DNA of 60,445 nt, the filler included, from Hausera hauseri (lineage: Eukaryota): assembly GCA_046269625.1 (NCBI GenBank). It is 12 parts of 12 records of this genome, joined end to end, with 100 filler letters (N's around TTAATTAATTAA, not from the genome) between each part and the next. Parts side by side here need not be neighbours in the genome. Positions count along the whole stretch, not along the records: positions 11,056 to 16,458 come from JBJURY010262065.1; positions 16,559 to 21,221 come from JBJURY010484909.1; positions 21,322 to 26,088 come from JBJURY010443579.1; 9 more parts are not named here. One strand, 5' to 3'. The notes under the pieces were generated by a model. That model ran no database searches and had not been told where the DNA came from. It was given only the letters and a program-made list of their open reading frames with translations. This document shows positions 11,056-22,829 of the stretch, in pieces (within the stretch, counting starts at the first letter, position 1; the number at the start of each line of letters is the position of its first letter). The translations under genes and the position numbers were made by a program.

Positions 11056-12958
11056 TAAATCAAATCAAAAAGGCAGGACTGAGAATAAACCCAGAAAAAT
11101 GCCACATTTTGAAAAAGGAGGTAAAATTCTTGAGACACATTGTGAATAACAAAGGCATACAAACGGATCCATCCAAGCTTGACGCCATAAAATCATTCGA
11201 CAAACCAAAATGTGTAAAAAATCTGAGAAGCTTTTTAGGAATTTGCAATTTATTCAAGGATACGCCACAAATGCTAGGACATTAGAACAAATGAGCGGAC
11301 TGAACAACAAAAAACTGGTATGGACCAAGTCTTGCAACGAAGCATTTGAAGCAATGAAGATGGCGTTGGCATCTCCACCAATACTAGGGTTCCTAGACTT
11401 CAAGAACGAATTTATTCTGAATACCGATGCTAGCTTTGATACGATTGGAGCAGTATTATCACAGAAAGGCAGCACCGGGCATGAAAGAGTGATTGCATAC
11501 TGGTCACACGCAATGAATAATCACGAAAATGGCTATTGCATTACACGGAAGGAGTTGCTAGCTATATATTACTTCTGTCAGCATTTAATCGTTACTTGTA
11601 TGGGAGAAGGTTTACACTGAAGACGGATCACAAGGCAAATCCTTCATGTTGAAAACAAAAAAGCCGATAACAGCACAATTCCAAACATTGATAAACTATT
11701 TATCAAGTCTAGACATAAAATCGAAATATAGGAAAGGTACAGATCATGCAAACGCTGACATGTTAGCCCAAACCAATTGCGGCACATGCTGCCAATGCAT
11801 GTTAGTTCACGAAGAGTCCAAAACCCATAATATTAATACTCGGAGGATAAATGCAGTAGAATCGACAGAAGCATTTTCGTCTCAAAGAGACAGCAAAAAG
11901 AGTGAAGAAATAAAAGAAGATATCTCAAAGAAAGAGCATTGGAAATTCGAAGTAGAAAAGTGCGTAGTAAAGACAAGAAAAGGTAAGATATGGATACCAA
12001 TGGATAAGAGGGGAGAAATGATAAAGCAATGCCAGGTTATGCTAACACAAGCTCAAATAGAAAAAGTAACAAAATCCATAAGCAATAACTACGATATGAC
12101 AAATATGAAAGACACCGTCATTGAAGTGATTTGGCGCTGTGAGGCATGTCAGCGAAACAAAACCATGACAACGGATACGAAGGAAGAGATCCTGAGACTC
12201 TCGGCAAATGAATCATTCGAGAAGATCCACATTGATATTTTCGGACCGTCAAAAGAAACCTAAAAGAAGAAAAAATACATATTGACCATTATAGACTAGT
12301 TTAGCAGATATATATCACTATCACCAATAGAAAAATAGGACGAAGTTACAATAAAAGACACCGTACTAAAAACATGGATTCTCAAATTCGGCGCACCGAA
12401 AGAGATACACACAGATTGCGGAAAAGCATTTAAATCTAAGGTATTTAAAGCCATGACGGCGTCAATGGACATAAAGATGTGCTATTCGAGCCCGTATCAT
12501 CACGACACCAATGGCATAGTGGAAAAGCAATTCCTGAGTATATAGGTGCGACTCTCCACGATCGATTACGAACAGACTGGGAAGAGATACTACCAGAGAT
12601 AGAATTTACACTGAAGGCGACAGTTCAGAAAACAACAGGGAAGAACTCAGCAGAAATAATATTTTGAAGAAAAATACATAGAGAGAGATGGCATGGACAG
12701 GACAAACAAATGGAATCAACAAAGAGCAACGACCCAGAAAGGATACCAGTAAAAATGGTATTCCAGGTCGGCGAAAGCGTACTAATACAGAGGGAATCAG
12801 GAGCAGAAGATAATGACAAATATGAAGTGCCATACGAAGTCATTAAGAGAAAACACGACCGGCGATATGTACTACAACACGCGGACGGCAGAATCTTGGA
12901 AGGAAATGTGGAAAAACTGCGAAAATTCTTAAAGGAGGGGGATGTGAGGAGGAATTGA
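11056..12958 (+). pseudogene. pol: Ty3/gypsy pol (RT C-terminus, RNase H, integrase), degenerate
   Basis: GLRINPEKC..FLRH, LRSFLG, FILNTDASFDTIGAVLSQ..KELLAI, TDHKA, HANAD, CEACQ, IHIDIFGP, PKEIHTDCG, SSPYHHDTNGIVE. Confidence 0.95.
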
Positions 12959-13125
12959 AATGGAAATTAAGATTTAAATTTAATTCAAAGTTAATTCAAT
13001 AAACAGACAACAGAAAATAAGGAAACTCAAAAAGGAAGGAAAATAAGGCTCATTTCCCGAATGAAGGAGGTAAATGTTATATAAAACTTTCATAATAAAT
13101 ATCTTATGGATAATTCAATCTTACA
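12943..13125 (+). mobile_element. Short 3' LTR (~183 bp) with PPT aaaggaggggga
   Basis: TGTGAG...CTTACA termini, internal AATAAA, PPT at 12931-12942. Confidence 0.75.
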
Positions 13126-13869
13126 ATTATCAAGTGATGTTGAGGTCGGCATGGTAGAAACGCCATCTACTAACAGAGAGAAAATGGTGTCTACGTAAAG
13201 GAGGAAAAGTCAAAAGGAGGAGAACGTCGACCAGGAAGAAAGAAAGGTAATAAAAAGGTAATAGAAGAGGTGGAATCCAGAGAAACTTCTGTAGAAAAAA
13301 GTGATGTAGGACAAAAGAAAAGAGGACGAAAGAAAAGTAAGTCTGGCAAGTCAAGGTCAGAGGAAAGAGAGAAAGAAACTCAACCCATAAAAATTTTTGA
13401 CGAAACCGTCATCAAACAAGTAATACGTGACATAGACATAGACTTAGATACTGAAGATGATCTTATCCAATCAGTAATCGCTATAGATCCTGAAAATATA
13501 ATAGATGTAAACCAAGCAACAAGCACCATATTACAATTAATAGATAGTAAGGTATCTACATTTACGATAAACAAAATTTTATTTCAGTTCTTAATACTGG
13601 CCCATGACACTAGTCCAATAAGAAATAGCACGGACAATATTAGCTAAAGTAGCTGAAGATAAAAGATGAAGAAATGAAACAGTAAGAATAACGTTAAAAG
13701 AAGGAAATCAAGATATGAGAGTTATTCGAATAAATGAGACAGATGGTAAACTAACGCTGAGAGAAAAGATTAAAGAGTTAGAACCTTTCTACGAAGGAAA
13801 GGTATACGGATTAAATTTTTACGGCAGAACGTTGTATGGGTACGATAAACTACTAAGAATTTGATGTAG
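13126..13869 (+). pseudogene. Fragment of post-gag ORF (basic tract, helical domain, ubiquitin-like domain) of the family at 44900..47140; target of the gypsy insertion
   Basis: KIFDETVI..AHDTSP.R..VRITLKEGNQDMRVIRINETD..LREKIKELEPFY..YGLNFYGRTL closely matches 45190..45700 (-). Confidence 0.8.
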
Positions 13870-14075
13870 TTTTTTTTGCATCCAAAACCATTTTTATCTC
13901 CTCCTCCATTCCAAATGCTCCGACTTTAATTAACGTTTCTTCTAGCTTTCGTAATTTGCTTGTTCATTCTTTGGGTAATTGACTTTTCCCATTATTGTGA
14001 TAGTAGATCCGGTATCTATCAGGGCCACTAATGGATATCCACCTACTTCGATATATATTTCTGGTCTTAGTGCAG
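13870..14075 (-). pseudogene. Retropepsin (aspartic protease) N-half
   Basis: Manual translation RPEIYIEVGGYPLVALIDTGSTITIMG (DTG at 14008-14016), then IKVGAFG flap-like segment; absent from the ORF track. Confidence 0.8.
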
Positions 14076-14229
14076 ACTTGAGTCCGTTTTTATTACTCAT
14101 TGAGAACGCATGCTCACGATTATATTGTGAAAAATTTTCTTCGTAATCCTTTTTAGGCGTAGTACTTAGTATGTGGGGTACATTCCTCCATGCTTCACAT
14201 AGTGAAGGGCTAATGGACTTATCAACATT

Positions 14230-16142
14230 TATTCGTTATATACTTGTCCGTTATATTCGTCTGTAGGATCTAACTGAGGTAAGTCAATAATTAGTTTTCG
14301 TTTATACTTCTGCCTTCGTGATTTTAACGAAAATCGTCTACGTTTTGTCAAATATCTACCACTTCTAAATTTGATATTCGAATCATTTTTATCATTGACA
14401 TTTTTGACGTTTAGGGTACTATATGGCAAATACTTTTCAATATGGTTATTTCTTTTTCTTGGTATTTGCCTTTTCCATCTTACGTCATGATTTGCTAAAC
14501 AACAACTGGCAACTGCCGGTATTACCTCTATAAGGATTTTCCATGAGCATCCTACTGCTGCATGTATTCCATAAGCCTTACCAAGTGCAGTGAATATCGT
14601 CCGTAGGGCACTGATGATGAAATATATTGCTAAAATGTCCTAAATCAGCCTGAACAAAATACAGGAATTTTCCACACATCCTTTCCATAACGTTTCTTGT
14701 GACTTTCTTCAAATAGTTTGTTCCCGTTAAATTTTCCCATTGTGGTGAACCTTCTCCGTCCCACATCACTATTTTTGTTAACTCCATTATTACTTGTTGT
14801 CTGTGCTGGGGAAACAATAACATTCGCCGATAGTCCTCTAAATTCTATTGTGTATAAATTCCGCCTTGTGATATGCCGGTAAGGGGTTCAAATTTCTGAT
14901 TTCTCTGCAAATTAATCAGACTTAACGCCTCTGGTTTCGTTACCGGTTTATTTTTTGGCATTCTAATCCATTTATTGTCCAGTTTAAACATTGGCGACAT
15001 ACTGAAAGTACAATTATCCAACTGAGTCGGTCTTGTATTAGCGTCTAGTAATATTCTTGTTACCGGCATTACGTATCAAGGTTCCATATTATAGATTACC
15101 GGTAGTTATGAAGTACATTCCTCCGTTGGCCTAATTGCTACTTCTACCTTTCTACACTCAATAGTTATTAGTAATTCGCCCATTACTCTTCCAATTACCC
15201 CATCGCCGAATGGCATCACCGGAGCTACCATTTCGGGATTAGTTATTATTAATGCCATCTTATTCCGTATTATTTCATAATTCAGTTTACATTCGTTTAG
15301 TATAATTTCCATATATAGACTTCCTATCTTTTTTCTGACGTAATTAATTAGAAAGTCAATTTTATTATCAAAGTTTTGCGTTAACTTTATATTCTTCTTG
15401 TCTATTTTTGTTTTAGCTTGGGCTGCTTCTTTAGACAAAAGGTATACACTTTTATAATTGGATTTGAACATTTCTTCGTTATTCTTATTAATCGTTTCGA
15501 TGATTTTAAATCGCATCATTTCTTCGGGATTTTCCGAGTATACCACATGGCTACTTACGTCATTTTTACCTCTCTAACTCCTTCATTGTATGTTGTTGAT
15601 ACTTTTTCGGCCACCTTTTCTATCTTCTTATTAAATTTTCCTTCCTTTAATAACGTAAGATGACACCGATTCGAGGATAATTCTCAGGTCATTTTAGATT
15701 CTCCAGTATTGCATTCCGCGTTGTCGTATTCACATTCACTCACAGTTGTCATAATTTTAGTTTGAGTCAAATAACCCTTCATATTCTTTCAATTGAACTT
15801 GATAATTTTCGATGACAACTGTGCTTGGTGCAATGGTGCATCCAACATCATAATCCACTCCTTTACGTGTACTTTCCATTGTTTTATCTATTTTTCCTGC
15901 TCTAAAAATTCGTGTGTAATTTATTTTATTTCATATTGCTGGTATTTGTGCGTTTTGTATTGTTATGACTACAATCTTAAATGCATCTTGGCATTCTGCC
16001 CGTGATATTATTATCGGTTCAAAGGTGTTGTTGGTTCGATAATAGAAGAATTTCCAGAATAATATGCGCAATTAAATAGGTAAAAGGATTTCTTTACGTA
16101 ACATTCTCGGACTTTAACTTTTATAAATTCTGATTCCTGGAA
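14230..16142 (-). pseudogene. env: Chuvirus-like (class III-type) envelope glycoprotein, degenerate
   Basis: EC..FNCA..SSIIEPTTP; KIDFL..LY..NECKL..NKMAL..NPE..GRVMGE..IECRKVEVAIRPTEEC; PVTRIL..C..PMFKL..W; GGIYT; AYGIHAAVGCSWKIL membrane-proximal segment. Confidence 0.82.
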
Positions 16143-16458
16143 AGTAGTATAAAAATGCGGGTTCTGGATCACCCCCTGCCCCCCATGCAGCCAATCCGAA
16201 GCGTGCTTGATGCGCACACCCATACGGATGGATAGATTCGGTGACGTTTGTTTTAAAAAACACACCGTGCACGATGCACCATGCACTCCGGAAGCAGGAG
16301 AGGTGCACGAAAAAATGCGGATGTAAGATGGAAGTGTTGCACGGCCATGTGTAGCACACAGAAATGATGGGGGGCGGAAGGCGCATCGAATGGTGAAGGA
16401 CCGAAGTCGATGGGGTGTCGGGGGAAAGAAAGGGGAAGGGGCAAAAAAGTGATCCAGA
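16143..16458 (+). mobile_element. Polinton-type terminus (AGTAGT...), possibly a miniature non-autonomous element, inserted in the glycoprotein gene
   Basis: AGTAGTA..CTGGATCA..CCCCC resembles the reverse complement of the 7773 terminus; GC jump; contig ends in GTGATCCAGA, the inverted copy of TCTGGATCAC near 16163. Confidence 0.6.
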
Positions 16459-16876
16459 NNNNNNNNNNNNNNNNNNNNNNNNNNNNNNNNNNNNNNNNNN
16501 NNTTAATTAATTAANNNNNNNNNNNNNNNNNNNNNNNNNNNNNNNNNNNNNNNNNNNNCCCCCCCCCCCCCCAAACTTCCTAATAAAAATTTAAAAAAAA
16601 AATGTAAATCTGGATGTTACCTGTCATCGATCTCGTTATGTGCCCTTTTCTTCTTTCATGAACTTATCTTTTTAGAACGGAGTTAGTCCAGTTACTCATG
16701 AAACATAATTAAAAGGAGGCAAGCAACCAATATTTAAATCGTCTGATAATGTGAAGAAGTGATCAGTGTAAAACTAAGGCCCAGAACAAAGACATCAGAG
16801 AATGATTAAAGCCAACCTTCATCGCGTGACGGCATGATAAAGGATACTATGTTGAACAGTATGTAATACAAAAACA

Positions 16877-17063
16877 CGGTAGAGTTGTGGTTAGTGCGCT
16901 CGCTAGCCAATCACAAGGTGGTGGATTAGATTCCCAGCAACGTTAAGGTCAAATTATTTAGTTAGTAAGTCGACAGATCGCCATCATTGCACGCGGAACA
17001 AGTCCATAAGTGTTCCGACCTCCCCCTCCGTACCTCCCGAGGGCAAATTAAAGTCCGTTCAAC
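16877..17063 (+). mobile_element. Degenerate tRNA-derived SINE
   Basis: A-box-like gtggttagtgcgc and decayed B-box ggattagattccc with tRNA-like spacing. Confidence 0.5.
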
Positions 17064-17069
17064 CTCTAA

Positions 17070-17326
17070 AGACAGGCTTATAGGTGAATGTGGAGTTAAT
17101 GTCTAGAGTTTTCTTGTCACCGGCACATGGTTTGGTTACGTTGTCAGCATAATGCCAGGGCGTCTTTACTTTCCCAGAGCATTTCTCCCGTACCATTTTT
17201 GATGTTTGATGGACCTTGGAGGCATTTTTTTGTTGGTCGAAAAAATTCAACCTGCCAAGCTGGGATTAAACCCATGACCACATGATCGACAAGCAAGTGC
17301 TCTAACCACTTTGTAACCGCGACTCA
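17070..17326 (-). mobile_element. Degenerate tRNA-derived SINE, possible Deu/Nin-like core
   Basis: agtggttagagcac ... gggtttaatccc head; downstream gtccatc...aaatggtac resembles the conserved gtccac...aaatgggtac SINE core. Confidence 0.5.
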
Positions 17327-17504
17327 GTAGTGGCAGGTCTAAGTTTGTTTGCGACCAAAATTTTCTTTAGGGTCAACCATGTCATAAAAACGTGGTAGCA
17401 AGAACTACTCTGGGAAGGAAAAAGGCGTCTTTGTGTTATGCTTTTTGTGGTACAAAATATATGTCAGAAAATTATAAGCCTGTATGGTGTGTATCTATAT
17501 ATGC

Positions 17505-18030
17505 AGTGGATACTAGGCCATACAAACATCTATTTCAGTGAGAAAGCCGATAAACTGGGAAAGAATTGAGCACAAATGCCCCTGGTAGAACATCAATTAA
17601 GTTTAGCAACAGCAAAACAGGTTGTTAAAAATAATTATAGAGAGGATTGGATGAATAAGTGGGCACAGACTAAAACCGGAAGGAAGCTTTTCAGACATCT
17701 TACAGCCCAGGTCACCGAAGATGCTATCAGCAGGACTGAACGCAAGCACCAACACAGATCTTCAGGATGAGAACTGGCCACTCTACACTAAATGCTCAGA
17801 GAAACAGACTAGTCCCACATGCTACAACAAGATGCAGACATTGTACACAACAAAATGAAACAGTGAAGCACCACTTGCTGTCTTTCTCCACACTCCAAGA
17901 GCTAAGACGGACTCTACTACATGACAACCTAAACAAAGACAGTGTTATATATGACAGCCCACTGCAGCTTATTAAAACTGCACAGTACCGCATACTGGCA
18001 TCAAAGTCAACAAAAGCTGATGCTCAATGA
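17505..18030 (+). mobile_element. 3' end of RNase H-containing non-LTR retrotransposon (I-group-like LINE ORF2)
   Basis: WILGHTN..EKADKLGK (RNase H end), W..KW..TGRKLF, RTGH.LN, CRHC..ETVKHHLL C-terminal zinc motif. Confidence 0.8.
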
Positions 18031-18269
18031 TTGTGGATCAAAAACAAGAAAAGACAATACTTGTAGTGTTGGTCAAAGAAAATATGTGTACTACATCCAT
18101 AATCTGCTATATCATGTCTCTAACCGTGGAAAACTGCTTTATCGGTTTCCACCTTCCAAAGAATTTTGTTAAAGCGCACAACCGTGTAAAGGGAAGACCG
18201 ATCTCATCACCTGGAAATCAGGCGAATTTTTAAATAGAAGTTTCAAGAGATAAAGTCTAAGTGCTTACA

Positions 18270-18336
18270 CCGGGATTTGAATCCGGTACCTCTAGTGTTC
18301 GAGACGGAATATTTACCTGGAGACCACCGAGCCCAC
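18270..18336 (-). mobile_element. tRNA-derived SINE head or tRNA pseudogene
   Basis: ggctcggtggtctccaggta...ccggattcaaatcccgg B-box/T-arm; not a clean cloverleaf. Confidence 0.45.
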
Positions 18337-18599
18337 ACATTGGATAACTGTAATTGAATGTAAATACAATTTACCAATATTTCTCCTCCTTCTTTATTGT
18401 TCCTGTGACATGGAAACGGGTTTGTTTTATTGAAGAAGGGAAGGTTGATGTGATACATTATATGAACATCTATGCCATGACTTCACGGTGGACTTCACGG
18501 TGGACTGCTCGCTGTCTTCAAATATGCTTTATGTTCATAAAGTTTACAGCATGCAGTTATAAGTTCGGAGATGGTCTTTTATTCCTTTGTGTCCAGAAA

Positions 18600-19480
18600 A
18601 TGCAGTGAAACTTCTATGATGCTCAATGAATTATGCTTCAGTCTCCATCAAAACATAAATCTTCAATTGATATGGGGTTTCGGTTCAGTCGATCTTACTG
18701 CCTCTTTTGCCCCGTTAGTCTATGTTAACTGAGATACATACGATGCGCGATGGAAGTGTTTAAGCAAGTTTCACTAGAGTTGTAATGCTATAGCTAATGT
18801 TCTTCTCAAATTAAAGTGACGAATAAATCCCAAAGTATTAAATTGTTTATGTTAACATTCTTTGTTTAAAAGATTAAATTTGTCTTGTTTACAAACATTT
18901 TTACCAAAGTTATTAAAAACATATTACCTCTTTGCAAAGGCAGAAGCTGCAAAATTCAACTTGCACTGTAGTCTTCGTGCTGAATTGTGATTTTAAGTGA
19001 AATGGATCTTTTATATCATTTTTTTACAGGATGTGTTTTTCAAACACAATAACAAGCGTGGGTTAGAACCTTAATACCTTCAAGGTGTCACGTGAGCGCA
19101 TGTAGGTGGTATTTTTAATAACTTTTAAAAATATATCAGACAGGATGGCACTCAATACTTGTTGATAGCATTTAGATAATTGTTGCAAATTATCAGTCGC
19201 AGGATGTCACATCCCAATGCGTAGGTGACACAAATGTAAAAACAAGTAAAAACTTACAAAAACATCATCATCATTACCAATTTAGCTTCACAAGAAGCAG
19301 TTTTTCAACCAAATTAGGTCGGATCCTTCTGTCCGGCGATAGTTGTTACAGTCCCATTCATAAAATGGTTTCCCGTTACCACTCAAAATATCTTTGCCGT
19401 ATTTGAAAAGCTGCGCAGATAGTCTGATGCTCTCCCAGGCAATACAGTGCGTGTGCCGCGTAAAAGTCAAATTTCACCAA
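18600..19480 (-). pseudogene. Highly decayed putative DNA-transposon nuclease (XPG/PIN-like)
   Basis: Manual fragments FVTYALGCD and LLKHFHRASYV resemble GCD and H-x2-RA-x-Y motifs; very fragmentary. Confidence 0.3.
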
Positions 19481-22400
19481 ATAAGAGATGCAATCGAAGC
19501 ACTCTAAAAGATTGAGGGAAGAAATATGTTGATTCTAACACTAAATCTTATGGCCAGAACTGTAACCATGAAATGGTTGAAACCGTGTCTAATGGTGGCA
19601 GTGAAAACGCTATAACAAATAGGCTGTACATCTCTTTACCGACTTGGCGCTGACGGTGTCGAAAAATGTCTAGTCTCAGCCGTGAGAGAAATCGAAATTT
19701 GTCAAAATCCCTCTAGAAGGGAAAATATTTTCGTTATTTCGCTATCTGCGCTATTTTTCAGCGAAATTCAAATATGTTCTGGAGCAATTTGTGTCTCAAA
19801 ATAATTATTTCAAACATTTCAGGCCAACTATAAAAATAGTTGATACAGGCAAAGTGGAAAGCAGGCAAGGACACATTTGCTAAACAGTACAGCACAGAAT
19901 GCAATATCGCAGAATCACAAGCAGTCCACGAGCGAGAAGTCTGCCAGGGATTAATTTACAATAAAGTAAAACTGAAGCAAATCAGATGCCATGTCAAAAC
20001 AGTATAAACAACAACATATTCATAACTAGCTCTGGGATGGCAGACAGAGTGTCGTAGGTATGGAGAGAGATTTAAATATCACCAGTGCACCAGAAGAATC
20101 AAAAGAGAGCTAATCAACAGTAGGATATCTGATCATCAAAAGTTTACCCCTTCGGACAAGTATTTCGGTCCTCGCTTCTTGATACTCTAGAGGATCATGA
20201 CGCCTAGGCGTCAATTTCCTGTTCATGTTATCGTACCTGTCTTTCCACCCAATATGGGCCAGTTGTATGTGTCTTTTGGTAATATGTTGAGAATCAAATT
20301 CGTCGAGCAAAACATGTCCATGACAGCATTCAAATCTACCCTCCGGGAGGGCTTATGTTGGATGCTAACAAGTTTCCATGTATCTCGAGACTATTGTTAC
20401 GGAGTCTGACCTTTCGACCGACATTTCCCGTTTCGTTTCCCTTGCTCGCCGTGCAAAATTACACATTTCGGACAGTTTTCTTCATAAATAGGGAACACTC
20501 GATTCCCAGGTCCACTCTTGCCTGCATTTACCGCCACGTCTACTCCGTTGAAAATATCTGGTTGTTGCAGTTTCGCCCGTGTGCTTACGTGTTATAACAA
20601 CTTGCCTCACATTTATGACACATTGGTTCCCGTCATTATCTGTGGTTTATCCGGACTCGATAATCATGGTAAAATTGACTGTGTTTGATGCCTGAACGAT
20701 CTTGAATGGCCGAAAGAGTTTGACACATCCCCTATGTGTGTCCTCGCTCGCCACGCCTGGTTTCTAACACCTGGCCGGTGGTAAAGGCCATTGATTCAGT
20801 TTGTCCCTGTAATTGGGAGGTTAGACTGAACTTGACCTCGCGGATTTTGACAAATAGTCTCCTTATCTTCACGTTCAGACGTCTGTTTTTTTCTTTCAAT
20901 TTCTTTCCCCGTATATTCATTATGTTCAATAAGAGTATTTTGCTGGCATGGCTTACTAGAGCGACGTGGCACAGTTGGTAAAATTACATTTGTAATAAAA
21001 CACTTGTGAAATATGAAGTTTCTTATTCTTGGACGCTGTTATGTCTTTATTTTTTTTTCTTTTCCTAATGTCTGGTCTGTAAAACAAAACAGGCAAAAGA
21101 AAGCAGCAAACTGTCTCAGGATAATGCAAGTGCAACATATGAAAAGGCACGAGAATAATTAGTAGCAGACACAGAGAAAAGTATTAGAAAGATCATCCAG
21201 GCTACAACAAAAATGACGCCTNNNNNNNNNNNNNNNNNNNNNNNNNNNNNNNNNNNNNNNNNNNNTTAATTAATTAANNNNNNNNNNNNNNNNNNNNNNN
21301 NNNNNNNNNNNNNNNNNNNNNTTAAAAGTCTCTTGATGAGATAATTTTGTGTCCTGGATTCAAATTAATGGAATAAAAGTTTCTGTCTTTTCCAAGGGTC
21401 TTGAGAGCCAAATTGATGGAGGAGGTATATCACTACAGGTGTGCACTTGTATGACAACCTCAGCTTGAACATTAAACCTTGATCTATGATATCACGTCTC
21501 AGATATGGATGCAAAGTGATAGATAAGACATTATTGATATTAGAGAAACATTACCGGTAAATGTGACTTCTGTGGCAAATGTGAGACTATAGAGCATACA
21601 GTACTTGGAAAAAAAAAAACATGGAAAAATATTAAACTGACTGACAGTCTCAATAAAATGAAAGTGAGGTTACATCCTATTGAACAATTACAGAGAAATA
21701 AAAAAAAATCATATAGATTTCAAAACAACACTCTCTGTTCTACAGCTTGTGAAGTCTCTAAGTGATTCATGAACTTTTCTACTTTAGGGTCATCTTTAGA
21801 ATGGAAATATTACAACCCACTTAATATTTTAAAAGATGCAACCTAGTAAAGGCATTGTAATAAATATAATATTAAAAAAGATCAGATAAACTGAAGAATG
21901 ACTGTTTAATATAAGATATATATTTACAAACAAATTAATGTCAGTAGAAATGACGACCACCAGGCCTTCTCTGGTCAGATACAACACAAAACAGGACGTT
22001 TAATATGCCTACCTTGTGGTCATAACAGATGTTTGCATGTCATTTCCTTTCAATTCTGCTCATCAAGTAGAAGTAGCTCTTCCGGAGACAAATATCGAGC
22101 ATTGTCCAAAGGTAGATCGAGATTGTACAAGTGGCTCCGGAGACCGTCAAATAAGTGGTATAAGCTAATGAGTTGTGTCGTCAAGTGATACATTGTATAA
22201 TCTTATGTGAGGAGAAGCACAAGTATTTATACTGCAATGTAGCTTGAACACACAATAGAAAATACGTAGCGAAATTATATATTTGTGATTAAATACGGTC
22301 AATCAACTTTTTCACTGCAATACAAAGCGAAGCAGAAAATACAAGTCCAATGAGGAAATTAATACGTTGCCATTTTCGTTTCTATTCATCCTCGATACGT

Positions 22401-22829
22401 TTTACGAAGAGAGATCGGAATATTAATTCAATATAATCTCGTCTGCTCATTTTCCTGGTTTATGTCAGCTCACATAGATACTTAACGTCAAATACATGTC
22501 CAGTCATTATTTCTTCTGTCAATTTCTGAATTTCACTCTCAGTGTAACCTTCCATATAAGTTGTAACATGTAATATGGCTGACATGTTTATACCTGCGTA
22601 AAAGAAATAAGTTAGTGTATATCAATTTATTATATAATTGTATTTAATGTTTTCAATTTAAAGTTAACATTTACTTTAATTTGTTTAAATTTAGAAATGT
22701 TCACAATATCCCATATACTGTGTCTCTCGCATACATGAGGTGGATCAGTGCCATCAACAGATGGCGAATTATTAGAAAATTGGCACGGACACTTGTGTGT
22801 ATCCAACGTGTGATGTTCTAACCCGCTGT

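Noticed and set aside
16877-18336. tRNA genes
   Set aside because: A/B boxes are decayed and cloverleaves incomplete; better explained as SINE heads
21340-21730. Possible decayed OB-fold/Zn protein (CDFCGKC..NIKLTDS..MKV) upstream of pPolB
   Set aside because: Too fragmentary to support a call
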